Shown one piece after another: positions 21,022 to 31,413 of a stretch of 50,335 nt of DNA. The position numbers were made by a program, and so were the translations under genes. A model generated the notes under the pieces. The model was not told the DNA's origin. It made no database searches and saw only the letters and a list, made by a program, of their open reading frames with translations. The DNA comes from a virus (lineage: Duplodnaviria > Caudoviricetes). The stretch is taken from IMG/VR virus record IMGVR_UViG_3300030330_004809, positions 1 to 50,335 of that record, one strand, 5' to 3'. Position 1 is the stretch's first letter, and the number at the start of each line of letters is the position of its first letter.

Positions 21022-22814
21022 TACGAAATTGCTCCTGTTATGTCAGAGTCTGGGAACTTAAGCTCTATTGCAACGTTCAAAGGCACTGATAAATACCTTC
21101 CATCAGCGGAAAGCGCCTCATCCACATCAAATTTTGTATTTGAATAGCTAGAACCTGTTTTTCTAACGACGTTCACTCTCTTAGTGTCTATAACTCCGTT
21201 CACCTTATTAAGAGCGCTGTATATATCTGTTAGGTACAGCGGCTCTCCGATAAATGGAGTCACAGCAAACTTGTCTCTTATCGCCTGCGAACAATCAGAT
21301 AAAACCTGAAATCTGTTGGTTTCTTCGTCCACTACGACTTCAAATTCAATTCCAATATTAACTATTTTTGCATCTAATATATCAATTGTATCACTGATCA
21401 TCTTGTTTCTGCCGAGCCAAGTTTTTATATTTTCTTTAATAGTGCTGTTGGTGGTAGCAAGCTTTCCTGATGCGTCTTCTGACACAACATATAAGTTTAA
21501 GTTTCTTCTAAGTGAGTCAGGATCTCTAATGACGCGGCATCTTTTGATGGAGCCAAACTTCTCTGGCATCGCGTAGACCAGTGCCTCATAGTCTTGCTGT
21601 GTAACAGCACGGTTTTGTGTAGCAAAGTGGTCTATTGTTCTTCTCCTCAACTCCTCGGACGATGGAAGGGTTGTATCACCAACAATGGGCTCACTATTAA
21701 ATGACTCTAAAGAGTTGACAACCGAAGATACCGAGGCATCATTCAATGCAGAACGATCCACAAATTCAACAATTGGTCTTATGACCTTAGTCACAGAACC
21801 AGCAGATGCGTTTACATTGGCTGCCGTGTTCGTTCTGTAGACAATTGTTAGTGTTGTGTTCGCGGGCGCTACACCAAACTTGTCAGTGTTTAGAAGCTTA
21901 TATGGATCAAAAGACTTATCAGTTATGTAGTCTCTGCCATTTAATTGCAGAACAACATTCTTGGGTTCTGCAACAGAGGGGCTAGTGATCTCCGTTGGTC
22001 CCCCATAGCCAAACTGAAGGAATATGCTATTTCTAGTCCTTTCCACGACAAACCTTCTGGGAACTATCATGGGTCGCAAGATTGATGGAACCGTATCCTT
22101 GTTATCACCCTTGTTAACCACCTCTTTATAAATTGTGTTTTGTGATAAGTGCTCAACTTCAAAATACTCATTGCCCTCCGAGTCGCGCACGGATAAGACC
22201 TCAGATATATTTGGAGACGAAAGTTGGATCTTCTTGAACCTCTCAAAAGAGCCAACCGTGATTGTTTCGTTACCAAAGATACCTGAAACTACTCTACCAT
22301 ATGCTCTAACAGCATACGAAGTCGGCAAACCTGTGGCAGAATCTGTCCTAGCTGCGACTACTTCGTTGGAAGGGTCATCAAATCTTACATCTTCATCCAA
22401 AATAAATGTGTTTCCAGAGGTTGAGGACAACTCACTACCCTTTTTGAGAACTGGAAAATATGCTGTATCCGGCCCCAAGCCAGAGGTACTAGCTGGTATA
22501 ATCGCATATATCGCCACCGTCCCGTAGGAGGATGGGTTCGCTTTGTACTTGTACCCGGACTGTCTGGATAGTCTAACTATATTGTTGTACTCTATGGCCG
22601 TGTCCATAAATGATTCATTTACACTGTAATCTAAGTAAAATGAAAGGATGTCGCCAATATAAGCAACTGTGTCTATCATTAGAGCGCCAAAGGATGCTTC
22701 ATTAAAATCTTTGTAGGTATCTGGGTAGTACCTTCTGGCGTGCTCTAGAAGGTCTCTTTTAATTGACTCAAACTCTCTACTAGTATATTTTATTGGCGTC
22801 TTGCGAGATGGCAT
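21021..22814 (-). CDS. Baseplate wedge subunit, T4 gp6/baseplate J-like
   Basis: 597 aa. YTSREFESIKRDL..YKDFNEASFG..AYIGDILSFYLD..NESF.DTA, LQFGYG and QNRAVTQQDYE are gp6 family motifs. Confidence 0.92.
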   Translation of the reverse strand: MPSRKTPIKYTSREFESIKRDLLEHARRYYPDTYKDFNEASFGALMIDTVAYIGDILSFYLDYSVNESFMDTAIEYNNIVRLSRQSGYKYKANPSSYGTVAIYAIIPASTSGLGPDTAYFPVLKKGSELSSTSGNTFILDEDVRFDDPSNEVVAARTDSATGLPTSYAVRAYGRVVSGIFGNETITVGSFERFKKIQLSSPNISEVLSVRDSEGNEYFEVEHLSQNTIYKEVVNKGDNKDTVPSILRPMIVPRRFVVERTRNSIFLQFGYGGPTEITSPSVAEPKNVVLQLNGRDYITDKSFDPYKLLNTDKFGVAPANTTLTIVYRTNTAANVNASAGSVTKVIRPIVEFVDRSALNDASVSSVVNSLESFNSEPIVGDTTLPSSEELRRRTIDHFATQNRAVTQQDYEALVYAMPEKFGSIKRCRVIRDPDSLRRNLNLYVVSEDASGKLATTNSTIKENIKTWLGRNKMISDTIDILDAKIVNIGIEFEVVVDEETNRFQVLSDCSQAIRDKFAVTPFIGEPLYLTDIYSALNKVNGVIDTKRVNVVRKTGSSYSNTKFDVDEALSADGRYLSVPLNVAIELKFPDSDITGAIS

Positions 22815-22839
22815 CTAAAATGGCTCCCAGTTCTTTTAA

Positions 22840-22847
22840 TAAATAGT
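22840..22847 (-). promoter_or_regulatory. ACTATTTA motif, candidate late promoter
   Basis: In the 41 nt gap, 25 nt upstream of the gp6 ATG. Confidence 0.6.
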
Positions 22848-22855
22848 AATTGGAT

Positions 22856-23239
22856 TTAATTTATTGGTATTTCTAAGACATCTCCGATGTTTAGTCTCTT
22901 TATGTTATATTGTATAGAGACACCAAGGAAATTGTCCGATACTTCACTATTGTTAACCGGAGAATTAAATATAATTTCTCCAACCTCTATGTAAGGTAAA
23001 TACTTTGAAGCCTGCTCCCGTACCCTGGCATCAATTTGCCCATGCGTAGAAGCAGTATTATTTTCAAACATATAAGCTAAAATACCAACTCCAAATTCAG
23101 GGTCCATGATCCGCTCCCCTGGGTTTGTAAGAACAAGCATTTTGAAATTCTGCTTAGCCACTTCCTTGATTGTTTTATTCAAAGTGTAGCCATCATCCGG
23201 GTCTAGCGTGAGCGGCAATTTCGGTGAAAATCCTGACAT
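22856..23239 (-). CDS. Baseplate wedge subunit gp25/GPW
   Basis: KQNFKMLVLTNPGERIMDPEFGVG..FE..YLPYI is the gp25 signature. ATG at 23239 is better spaced from AAGGAGG than ATG at 23248. Confidence 0.93.
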   Translation of the reverse strand: MSGFSPKLPLTLDPDDGYTLNKTIKEVAKQNFKMLVLTNPGERIMDPEFGVGILAYMFENNTASTHGQIDARVREQASKYLPYIEVGEIIFNSPVNNSEVSDNFLGVSIQYNIKRLNIGDVLEIPIN

Positions 23240-23240
23240 A

Positions 23241-26200
23241 TTACTCATCCTCCTTACAAGGGGGCGGCCTCAATGAGCCCCACTGCCACCATTTAAGCTT
23301 CAGTCCTGTATCGTTCTTTGGCCTTGATATGTCTACAAAGGCCTCTGGTGGGGTTAATTGATTCCTATCCTTATAGAAGTAATTAGTATTACATGATGAT
23401 TCTAGTAGTTGTCTGGCGACTTCCTTAGATTTATGGAATGAATTAGAAGCACCTTCGTTTCCACGCCAAGTATTCATACCACCGTTTTTACCAAACCCTA
23501 TCCACCTGCCTCCTCCTGAGCCGTCGCTCTTAGCAGCCCAGCCGTCGCTGACGTTTGCCAGCGAAGGCACAAAAGCGTTGGAAACGTACACAGCATATAA
23601 TGACATGTATCTGGCGAGCGGGAACACATGCTTAAACGTCATTTTGTATTCAGGTGTCTCAATTAATAAACAAATAAGATCTTGTAGATAATCTTGATAG
23701 TGCTGTGGAGAATAACTATCTGAGTGTGTTCCTCCAATATGCTTGTTGACTTGGACTTCTACAGACGCTATGGGTATTAAATGCTTAAACTGCTCTGCGA
23801 ACGCTTTAGATGAAAATGCCACGTTGTCATCGATGGTATCAGAAATTGAGTCAAAGCTCACTGAGTTCCGATCTGCTTGCGTAGGGACATACGATAGTCT
23901 TAGGCCAAAATACAATTCGTTGTTAAAAACATTGTAGTTTTCCCCTGCGAAGCTGTCTTGCCAGTCAAAAAGGTTAGCAACACTACCATATGGATGAACC
24001 ACTTCTGATCCTCGATAGCTAACATACCTTTCTAGTACAAAAGGCCAGTTTCTTGCATCAAATGAAAGCGAATCAAGTGGGTGTGGCAACCCTCCAGCTA
24101 GGCCATATGTTGTGTAATACCCTATTGTAGGAACATCTACTGGGCCATTGTCTGATTTGTTATTAACCGCTCCTGCGATATACGGGATGTCTGTCACTAT
24201 AGATGAGCCGCCTGGTATGGGGATTTCAGCCGGAATCCTATTTGGAGACGTAATCAATAAATCGTCTATTGTGTCCACTGGATACGGGACTTTGGTTGGC
24301 AGAGATTCGTTTAAGATTGAAGCCATGCGTGTTATCTCTTCGCCGACATACCTTCTTAGGATAGTCTTACAATTATTTATTATTGACGTTTGGCTCATCA
24401 TGCCACGCCAGTTTTCTAGTTTTTCTTCTCTTACATCTTTTAGCTTACGATTTCTAGGGGACACATACCCAGCCCAGTTGTTTTCAATAAAGCTATATAT
24501 GTTTCTCAGAGCTTGAGACTCTGTTTCTGAAACATCGGTTAAAATTTTATATTCTATCTTGGAGGTAAAACATTGAACAACCTGCTCTAGGAATAGATAA
24601 TAATAGTCTTTATAATCTTCCCGGTACCTTCTGCCACGCCCAGAGTTTATCAGCCCCTCTTCCATCATTTCAATAATGTACTCAGAGACTAAATTAGTAT
24701 AGTTATCAGGATACTTAGGCCTCAAGAAGTAAAAAACAGGCAATGATTTTAACATAAACTCTGACAGGTAGATCCTTATCGTGGTGTATATTAAAGATTC
24801 GTTAAGGGCTACTGCTGCCGCAGGCAAGACTCTTTCAAATGGGGCCTCTATGATATTTATAACATCACCAGCAGCACGAGACAGCCTCTCATCATCAGAT
24901 ATCTTATCAACTAAATTGCCTGCCACTTCCTTAAGTTCATAGAAGTTTGGGAACTTAGCGTTTGCTTCTGTGTCCTCGCAAGCGTTAAACTCTGGTACTA
25001 TGGAGTTAGCTATCCTAAGAAAGCCAGATTCCTCGGGCTCTCTGATATAGAAAGGAGGATTTGCCTCGGAACCTCCGTACTTCTCTATGGCAGCCGCCAG
25101 GTCTAATTCTAAATCAGGATCTTCGTGAAAATATATAACCTCTGGTATTGAGTCTTGGTCAAAGCCGTAATCAAATATATCAACCTTAGAAATATCTTCA
25201 GCTAACTTTCTTAAAAAGCCCTCGTTGATATAGTTAAAACCTCCTGAGCTATAGCGATCATATAGGCTGTTACCAATTAACCCAGGGGTTTCAGACACTT
25301 CTTTAAATATGCCCTCGATAAACGTTCCCCACATATCCGCTGGCGTATTTACATTGCCAGAGCCGTCTACAACAAAATCTCTCATATATGCCGAAACATC
25401 CTCAGGAACTGGATCTTCACCAACAAAAAATGTTTTTGTGTCGGTCACTGCCCCAGAGCCGTCGTAATCCATTGACATTTCAACCTTTACTCTGTACGAA
25501 TCATAGTCATAAGAGGATCGACCCTCAGGATAGTTGTCTTCTGGGTTAGGGGCGTGGTAATCATAGAAAACGTTTATTGCAAAACCCTCTTCTTCATTAT
25601 AATCTTGCCATGGCAGAATGACGCTGTAGGGGTTTGATTTACTAAAAGATACCGGCAGTGTATTTAATGTTTCCTGTAGGTAACCTGCAACCTTATCTGG
25701 AAGGCCACCAACGGCAGGTGGGCGTCCCTTGGTTTCCGTGGCACCACGCTCTTCTCTGATGTCTTCATCGTCCTCTGCATCAGGCTGCGAGCCATCAGCT
25801 GACAATGGATTGAACAAGAAGGGCAGCCAGAAAAATTTAGCTGCATCATCCGTGTATTTTATAGGCCCCTGAACCCACTCGTTGTGATCCTCGGGGGTGT
25901 CAGCGCCCGCAGCCCATTCATCGCGAGGAGGGTGTGCCCTAGTCGCCCTAGAACCATAAATGTTAAATACACTAGGTCCAAGTATGGACCTCTGGAATCC
26001 TAAGTGCTGAGCAAGTCCCCTACCTCTAGAGTCTGCGAGACACATATTAAGAAATCCTCTTCTACCTATAAGATCATCAGTGTATTGAACGGTTAAAGCA
26101 TCATACATTGAATCAAAGGCCGAGGTCATACTTATAGAAGTTGCAGGATCAATTGCAGGTAATAGGCTTGGCTCGTCAGGATTTTTAGGATCCTTAACTA

Positions 26201-29200
26201 TGTTTGGTAGAAGGTTATCTAGCACCCCAGTGTGAAGTAAATCTGTAAGGTCTTCCAAGTCAGCTATTGTCCTGTCCCTTAGCTGGCATAGTTGATCAAC
26301 AATACATTCTTCATCAACTCCCTTGTCTCTCAGAGCTTGCGCCCTGGTGTCTCTAAAGAGTGCGAGCAAGCCAAGGTCGTCACAAACTTCCTGGCTAAAC
26401 GGAAGGTCTAACGGATCGACAGTACAGAGCATATCTAAATCAATAAAGACAGCAACCGATTTAAAGAAGTCGTTTATCGAGTCCTTGTCGTTAAGACACT
26501 CGGCCAAAGGTGCGGTGAGTGGATCAATTTGTATAATCTGATAAATGAGGTCATAGATGTTATCTGACGCCTGTCCGTTTATGACATCTACCAACTCACA
26601 TTCTGTGAGCACGGAAGAAATATTGTCAACAAATCTACCAACAGCCTCTGGGTCAGCTAAACAGTTAAGGGTGTTGGCAATATCAGCCAATGCGTTATCT
26701 AAATCTACTGGGTCTAGGTCGCCTGAGCACCCGGCTAACATCAAGTCTCTTAGGCCTGTAGGGTCTGTATTTATTCTTTGCTTACAGAGTTCTTCAAATA
26801 TGATTTCTAGTATTCTTCGTAATATTAGTATTAGTAGCCTTCTGGCCAGTTCCTTAATAACAAGCAGGACATTATCTATTATTATATTACCGAACCCTGC
26901 CAAAGTTAGTTTTGGCATTTGCACTGTAGGCTGAGTAAAAGTAATTCCGTCCTGCAACTGGCATATATCTACATTAACGCCAGGAAGTGTAAGTATGTCA
27001 CTTAAAGGTGGGTAAAACCTTGGCGGAGCAGCACAAAATTTATCCATCTTTTCCAATACCGAAACAGCTATAGAAGCTCCTGGGAAGCGGTCCAGAAGGC
27101 TGACTATCTCCTCAACTCCAAGGATGTCCTCCATTATTAAGTCCACTACAACTTGATTTAAAGTTGCATAGTCTTCAGCAGAAGGTGGGGGATAATCGAC
27201 GTTTGCTGCTTGATTAAAGAACGTTGGACTCGCTGTTGGTGATGAAGATGCGCCAAGGCGTGTATATTTGCCTGCGCTTGTGTAACTATATGCTAACGTT
27301 CTGTCGCCCACAGCTTCAATCTCTACACCTTCATCATCTACTATCCTCACTGTTACTAAACTCTGCAAGAATGGCAGCACTTGCGGGGCTAGTTCACTTA
27401 CCGAAGCCACTATAATTTGCTGCATTGCGGGCGACATCGAATTAATAAACTTAGCAAAGTTTTGGTGATCCATGCCCTTTATCGCTGCTCTTGTGATAAT
27501 TTTAATAGAGTCCTCATAGCCAAGTGCGTTTAAGAGACAGTCAATAGCTGACTTGATCAGGTCAATAATACCACAATACCCAAGGTTATTTAACATGCCC
27601 CCATATAAATCTTCAATACTGTCCCATCTCCCATTTGCTATAAGCACCGGTAGGTCATTAATAATCCTGTCACTTGCAAGATATTCCTTTAATGTAAGGT
27701 CGATCATTTGCATGGCTAAGCTTTCTCTGTTTCTCTGCTCAAGGATCTTGCCATCCACAAGCAGGCAAGGGTCTTCCTTCAGTTGATCAAACAGTGCGTC
27801 TCTAATTGAATTTATCTGTGTCTTGGCCCATTCTCCTGGAGACTTTTTTGGTTCGTATGCTGATGCAGCAGATGGGCAACTTGCTTCTGAAAGTTTTTTG
27901 ATGCCATCATTTCCGTCAACTAGCGGCGAGGTTAAATCATTTATATACATTTCCTCCATTTCTGGAAATCTATACTTCGTTAAAATATCATACCACCCAA
28001 CTGGCTTTCTGCCTCGCATATCCTCATTAATATCAGGAAGTCTAGAGATGTATGCCATTGTTGTGGCGTTCTGGTTCTCCGGTCTCTCTGCAAAGGATTC
28101 AAAGCCCTTGCTTAACACGACAGGAGGTCTAAATGGCTCTTTAGTTTTAATATATTCTATCTTGTATTGAGAATCAAAGCCAATCTCTATTGTCTCTAGC
28201 TTTGTGTAAGTTAAGTCTGACTCACCCAGCAGCAATGATAGTTCCCTATAGAAGTTCTCTAACCTATTGCTATCTGCTGTTAAGTTGAGCCCTTTTATAA
28301 TTTTACCAGTTTGCAAACTCCAATCAGCATAATCGTTTTCATAGTTCTTGAAATTTTTGGCAACCGTATCAAATATCCTCAATATCTCGCTTGTGTAAAA
28401 CACAACATAACTTGGCTCCACACCGAAAGCTGTTTCAGAGGTTTGAGAGAATTGTTCTTGCTTTTCAGGGATTCTATTAAATTCTTCAGCCCTAACCGTG
28501 ATAAGAATTTTTGTCTTTTCTAGCGGCCTTGGAGAAATATAAAATGTCTTAACTTCAGCAGTTCCTGTAAAGGTTAGCGCTTCTCTCTTATACCCTACAA
28601 CTCCAGATATTAGTGCGTCCCTAGAAGAGGATATAAATTCTCCACCAGTTGAATTTATAAAAGTTGTAGTTTCTTCTTTGTTGTAATACGCAAGGAGTTT
28701 ATCCATAGCAGCCGGGATAAAAGAATTAAGGTATTCTTGGCTACAGTCGGGAGGGTCAGCTAACATTACGATTGAATAATCGCATGTTCTTTGGTTTAAG
28801 AATGGTTCGCCCTCTGTTTGGTTTACCCAATTGGGAACATAAGCCTCTTGGTTAGGGAAGCATGTTTGTTCCGGCAATGCCTCAGGAGGTAGTTCATCTA
28901 GATCTGGACAATCAGAGGGCTTTGCTTCTACATAACCAATGTCCCCTGGGTCTCCTCCGGACGGATTGCCTGGGAAGTCATCAGGGTCGGGGTAAATGCA
29001 GCAACTTTCTTGCGTGGGGAGGAGTGGTTCGATTTCTCGTGTCCCGTCCGCTAATGCGCCAAATAACCGGGCACCCACAACATATTGCCACTCGCCGCAG
29101 GGGTGAGTCGCCGCTTTGTTATAATTATAGGCTCCTGGATCCATGCACCCTATAATACCATATGTTTTGTCTGGTAGCTCAGGGCCACCAGGTCCCGTTG

Positions 29201-29426
29201 GTCCTCCTCCGCCACCTCCGGGGCCGGGGTTTATATCAGGTGCGTCTGCATAGATACATATACATGTAAATTCATCCCATACGCCGCCGTCCTCTTCACA
29301 TTCAAGCTTCCTAGCTTCGTTATTAACACACGGCTGTCCGTCGCCGGGGTCGTCTGTCTCATCAAGCCCAGAAGTATCAAATGGATTGTTTCCCTCTTCG
29401 TCGTCTCCTATACCACCATTACCCAT
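23241..29426 (-). CDS. Giant acidic Cys-rich protein of unknown function between spike and gp25
   Basis: 2061 aa. Cys-rich N-terminus, Pro/Gly linker, GCMDPGAYNYN motif, then a long helical-looking body. Confidence 0.65.
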   Translation of the reverse strand: MGNGGIGDDEEGNNPFDTSGLDETDDPGDGQPCVNNEARKLECEEDGGVWDEFTCICIYADAPDINPGPGGGGGGPTGPGGPELPDKTYGIIGCMDPGAYNYNKAATHPCGEWQYVVGARLFGALADGTREIEPLLPTQESCCIYPDPDDFPGNPSGGDPGDIGYVEAKPSDCPDLDELPPEALPEQTCFPNQEAYVPNWVNQTEGEPFLNQRTCDYSIVMLADPPDCSQEYLNSFIPAAMDKLLAYYNKEETTTFINSTGGEFISSSRDALISGVVGYKREALTFTGTAEVKTFYISPRPLEKTKILITVRAEEFNRIPEKQEQFSQTSETAFGVEPSYVVFYTSEILRIFDTVAKNFKNYENDYADWSLQTGKIIKGLNLTADSNRLENFYRELSLLLGESDLTYTKLETIEIGFDSQYKIEYIKTKEPFRPPVVLSKGFESFAERPENQNATTMAYISRLPDINEDMRGRKPVGWYDILTKYRFPEMEEMYINDLTSPLVDGNDGIKKLSEASCPSAASAYEPKKSPGEWAKTQINSIRDALFDQLKEDPCLLVDGKILEQRNRESLAMQMIDLTLKEYLASDRIINDLPVLIANGRWDSIEDLYGGMLNNLGYCGIIDLIKSAIDCLLNALGYEDSIKIITRAAIKGMDHQNFAKFINSMSPAMQQIIVASVSELAPQVLPFLQSLVTVRIVDDEGVEIEAVGDRTLAYSYTSAGKYTRLGASSSPTASPTFFNQAANVDYPPPSAEDYATLNQVVVDLIMEDILGVEEIVSLLDRFPGASIAVSVLEKMDKFCAAPPRFYPPLSDILTLPGVNVDICQLQDGITFTQPTVQMPKLTLAGFGNIIIDNVLLVIKELARRLLILILRRILEIIFEELCKQRINTDPTGLRDLMLAGCSGDLDPVDLDNALADIANTLNCLADPEAVGRFVDNISSVLTECELVDVINGQASDNIYDLIYQIIQIDPLTAPLAECLNDKDSINDFFKSVAVFIDLDMLCTVDPLDLPFSQEVCDDLGLLALFRDTRAQALRDKGVDEECIVDQLCQLRDRTIADLEDLTDLLHTGVLDNLLPNIVKDPKNPDEPSLLPAIDPATSISMTSAFDSMYDALTVQYTDDLIGRRGFLNMCLADSRGRGLAQHLGFQRSILGPSVFNIYGSRATRAHPPRDEWAAGADTPEDHNEWVQGPIKYTDDAAKFFWLPFLFNPLSADGSQPDAEDDEDIREERGATETKGRPPAVGGLPDKVAGYLQETLNTLPVSFSKSNPYSVILPWQDYNEEEGFAINVFYDYHAPNPEDNYPEGRSSYDYDSYRVKVEMSMDYDGSGAVTDTKTFFVGEDPVPEDVSAYMRDFVVDGSGNVNTPADMWGTFIEGIFKEVSETPGLIGNSLYDRYSSGGFNYINEGFLRKLAEDISKVDIFDYGFDQDSIPEVIYFHEDPDLELDLAAAIEKYGGSEANPPFYIREPEESGFLRIANSIVPEFNACEDTEANAKFPNFYELKEVAGNLVDKISDDERLSRAAGDVINIIEAPFERVLPAAAVALNESLIYTTIRIYLSEFMLKSLPVFYFLRPKYPDNYTNLVSEYIIEMMEEGLINSGRGRRYREDYKDYYYLFLEQVVQCFTSKIEYKILTDVSETESQALRNIYSFIENNWAGYVSPRNRKLKDVREEKLENWRGMMSQTSIINNCKTILRRYVGEEITRMASILNESLPTKVPYPVDTIDDLLITSPNRIPAEIPIPGGSSIVTDIPYIAGAVNNKSDNGPVDVPTIGYYTTYGLAGGLPHPLDSLSFDARNWPFVLERYVSYRGSEVVHPYGSVANLFDWQDSFAGENYNVFNNELYFGLRLSYVPTQADRNSVSFDSISDTIDDNVAFSSKAFAEQFKHLIPIASVEVQVNKHIGGTHSDSYSPQHYQDYLQDLICLLIETPEYKMTFKHVFPLARYMSLYAVYVSNAFVPSLANVSDGWAAKSDGSGGGRWIGFGKNGGMNTWRGNEGASNSFHKSKEVARQLLESSCNTNYFYKDRNQLTPPEAFVDISRPKNDTGLKLKWWQWGSLRPPPCKEDE

Positions 29427-29440
29427 AAATCATAATTCCT

Positions 29441-30550
29441 TTAATTTGTTTTATTATATCTTGATAAGAAACACATTGGACTCGTAGAAGAAAGATAATT
29501 ATTTTTAAACCATGTCCCCAACTGTGTGTTTTTCTGACCAAATGCAATCACATGATTATTTAGTTGATCAACTATTTCTTGTGCAAAACTAGCTACCACT
29601 GGAATAGACGGTGTTGCATAAGCTGGCAACGCTCCAACAACTTCATGAGTGTGTAGTGCTACATAATTATTAAATTGCATCTGTGAATTTGTAAAGTTCT
29701 GAACGAGCACGGTTATATCTCTAATCTGCTCTACCAATTCATTTAGTGTCATCATTAGATTTTCGCCTTTGACCATTGGCTGCAACCTGTTAATTGAATA
29801 TATTGGAGGGTCTTGTGTGCCTTTCCAGCCTGAGCTGCGAGGCGGAATCATAGGATTTATGACATCAAATTTGCCAACCTTGTTATGTGCAATTAGATGT
29901 ATGCCTCTTTCTGGGCCATCACTCTGTATTTTCTCGCCTCTTGAATTAAACTCTCCGAACCTTCCCTTAACGTCTCCTATCATTGTCCCGGCGTTAAAAG
30001 GTGTCCTAGCGTTTGTATAAATCCTTACGCCTTCCCTCCCAACTATTCTTACAGAGTCAGACTTTATTGCGATTGCCGCCCTGTTCTCAGACGGCGACAC
30101 TCCAACGTCCGGATCAGTAGAAAGATTCAAATATCTGTCTATGTCTGCACGATGCGATAAATAAATTCTCGAAGCATCAGTAAAAAAATTAGGACCTGTT
30201 ACTCTCCTGTGCTCTGGGCTTGGTCCTCCGCTGCCTACCACAATGTCTATGGAGCCTGCTGATGTGCATCCACGTCCGCCATACCCGCTGAAATGACTGC
30301 GAGCGTTCCTGTCCCTGCCAAACACTATCCTGTGGCGTCCGTGAAGCTTCTTGTTGCTAGGGTATACAGTTTCACACTCAGCGCTGTCAAACTGTACCTG
30401 AGGCTCTTTCAGGGGTGTGCAGGCCTGTCCCGGTAAGACAGCCTTCTCCCCTGATTGGATCATCTTATAAGCTTTATCATCTCTTTCTTTTGCTTTCTTC
30501 AGGTCTAAGCCACTAAAGCCTGAAAAATCTCTGCAACTTTCATTGGCCAT
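29441..30550 (-). CDS. Baseplate central spike, gp5/gpV C-terminal-like
   Basis: 369 aa. Beta-repeat-like DASRIYLS and IAIKSDSVRIVGREGVRI, plus an HTH (HxH) metal-binding tip motif in ALHTHEV. Confidence 0.65.
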   Translation of the reverse strand: MANESCRDFSGFSGLDLKKAKERDDKAYKMIQSGEKAVLPGQACTPLKEPQVQFDSAECETVYPSNKKLHGRHRIVFGRDRNARSHFSGYGGRGCTSAGSIDIVVGSGGPSPEHRRVTGPNFFTDASRIYLSHRADIDRYLNLSTDPDVGVSPSENRAAIAIKSDSVRIVGREGVRIYTNARTPFNAGTMIGDVKGRFGEFNSRGEKIQSDGPERGIHLIAHNKVGKFDVINPMIPPRSSGWKGTQDPPIYSINRLQPMVKGENLMMTLNELVEQIRDITVLVQNFTNSQMQFNNYVALHTHEVVGALPAYATPSIPVVASFAQEIVDQLNNHVIAFGQKNTQLGTWFKNNYLSSTSPMCFLSRYNKTN

Positions 30551-31130
30551 TCATATCTCCTAAGCTCACAACTCCCGCATCCGGTGTAAATGCATTTGCA
30601 GCACTGACTTCGTCACCCGGTGTTACTTCAGTACCATCGTTGACAAGCCCTATATAGGTGCCATATTTAGTATTATTCATCGAAGGGAAATCTACTTCCA
30701 CTATATTGCCTGGCTTTGGGAGAGGGCCAGCATCGCCCCCTGCTATCGCATAAAAAACTGGATGTAAAAGTATTGCTGCCTTGACATAACTTTCGCATCC
30801 TAGGCCCTGCGGGCCAGCGAGCAAAGGCTTTGGTATACTCTTGTGTAACTTGGGGATTCTAGCGATCACTTGTATTATAGAGCCCTCAGACTTCATCTCA
30901 CCAAAGATCTCCCCTAGTGGGTTCTCAATCGCCGCAAGACATATGGCATTATAAGGCCCATCCTCTTTATCATCTGTAGCGGCGGCAAGAAAACCACTAA
31001 CAGCAGCGTTTAACTGTTGAATGTAGTCATTCTCGGTCACGCTATCTAATTTTATTGAGAACCTTTCATATGAATATGCGTTAAGGGTACCAACAGCGTT
31101 ACTTTTTAATATTCTTTCCATTTCACTCAT
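30540..31130 (-). CDS. gp5/VgrG N-terminal OB-fold-like protein
   Basis: VIARIP...LPKPGNIVEVDF matches the OB-fold motif P-x-x-G-x-x-V-x-V-x-F. Start revised to ATG at 31130 (GGAGGG upstream). Confidence 0.55.
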   Translation of the reverse strand: MSEMERILKSNAVGTLNAYSYERFSIKLDSVTENDYIQQLNAAVSGFLAAATDDKEDGPYNAICLAAIENPLGEIFGEMKSEGSIIQVIARIPKLHKSIPKPLLAGPQGLGCESYVKAAILLHPVFYAIAGGDAGPLPKPGNIVEVDFPSMNNTKYGTYIGLVNDGTEVTPGDEVSAANAFTPDAGVVSLGDMNGQ

Positions 31131-31413
31131 TGGTGCCCTCCTGAATAAGGCCAAACAATTCTTCCTTATCTTGGGCCGTTAAACCTACTTCTTTACTTTG
31201 ATTTTTCTGTATGAGTGCCGCCACTTTGACTAATTGTTCGTTTGAGCGCTGTAGAGTTTCCACGTACTTAGATGCCGTAAGGCCGACTTCACGATGACGA
31301 GTTTCATCCTTACTCATGTAACGAACAACATCGTCCAGAAGCTCTCTCGTGATCTTCCTGTCGTTGTCTATATTCTTTATAGCCTGTTCTAAGTAGTGGT
31401 CTAGCTTTTTCAA
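31123..31413 (-). CDS. Helical hypothetical protein (possible terminase small subunit-like)
   Basis: Start revised to TTG at 31413 (TTGA overlap with the sigma factor stop). Coiled-coil-like KYVETLQRSNEQLVK. The function is a guess. Confidence 0.5.
   Translation of the reverse strand: MKKLDHYLEQAIKNIDNDRKITRELLDDVVRYMSKDETRHREVGLTASKYVETLQRSNEQLVKVAALIQKNQSKEVGLTAQDKEELFGLIQEGTNE

Noticed and set aside
29190-29232. GC-rich patch as a repeat or regulatory element
   Set aside because: Explained by the Pro/Gly linker codons of the 2061 aa protein.
23241-29426. Tape measure protein call
   Set aside because: Acidic, Cys/Pro-rich composition with no Ala/Gly-rich periodic repeats. Not supportable by eye.
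10085-31130. Bacterial T6SS/eCIS locus rather than phage
   Set aside because: The gp55-like sigma, T4-type gp6, HNH, single-strand dense layout and lack of membrane-complex or housekeeping genes favour a large phage.
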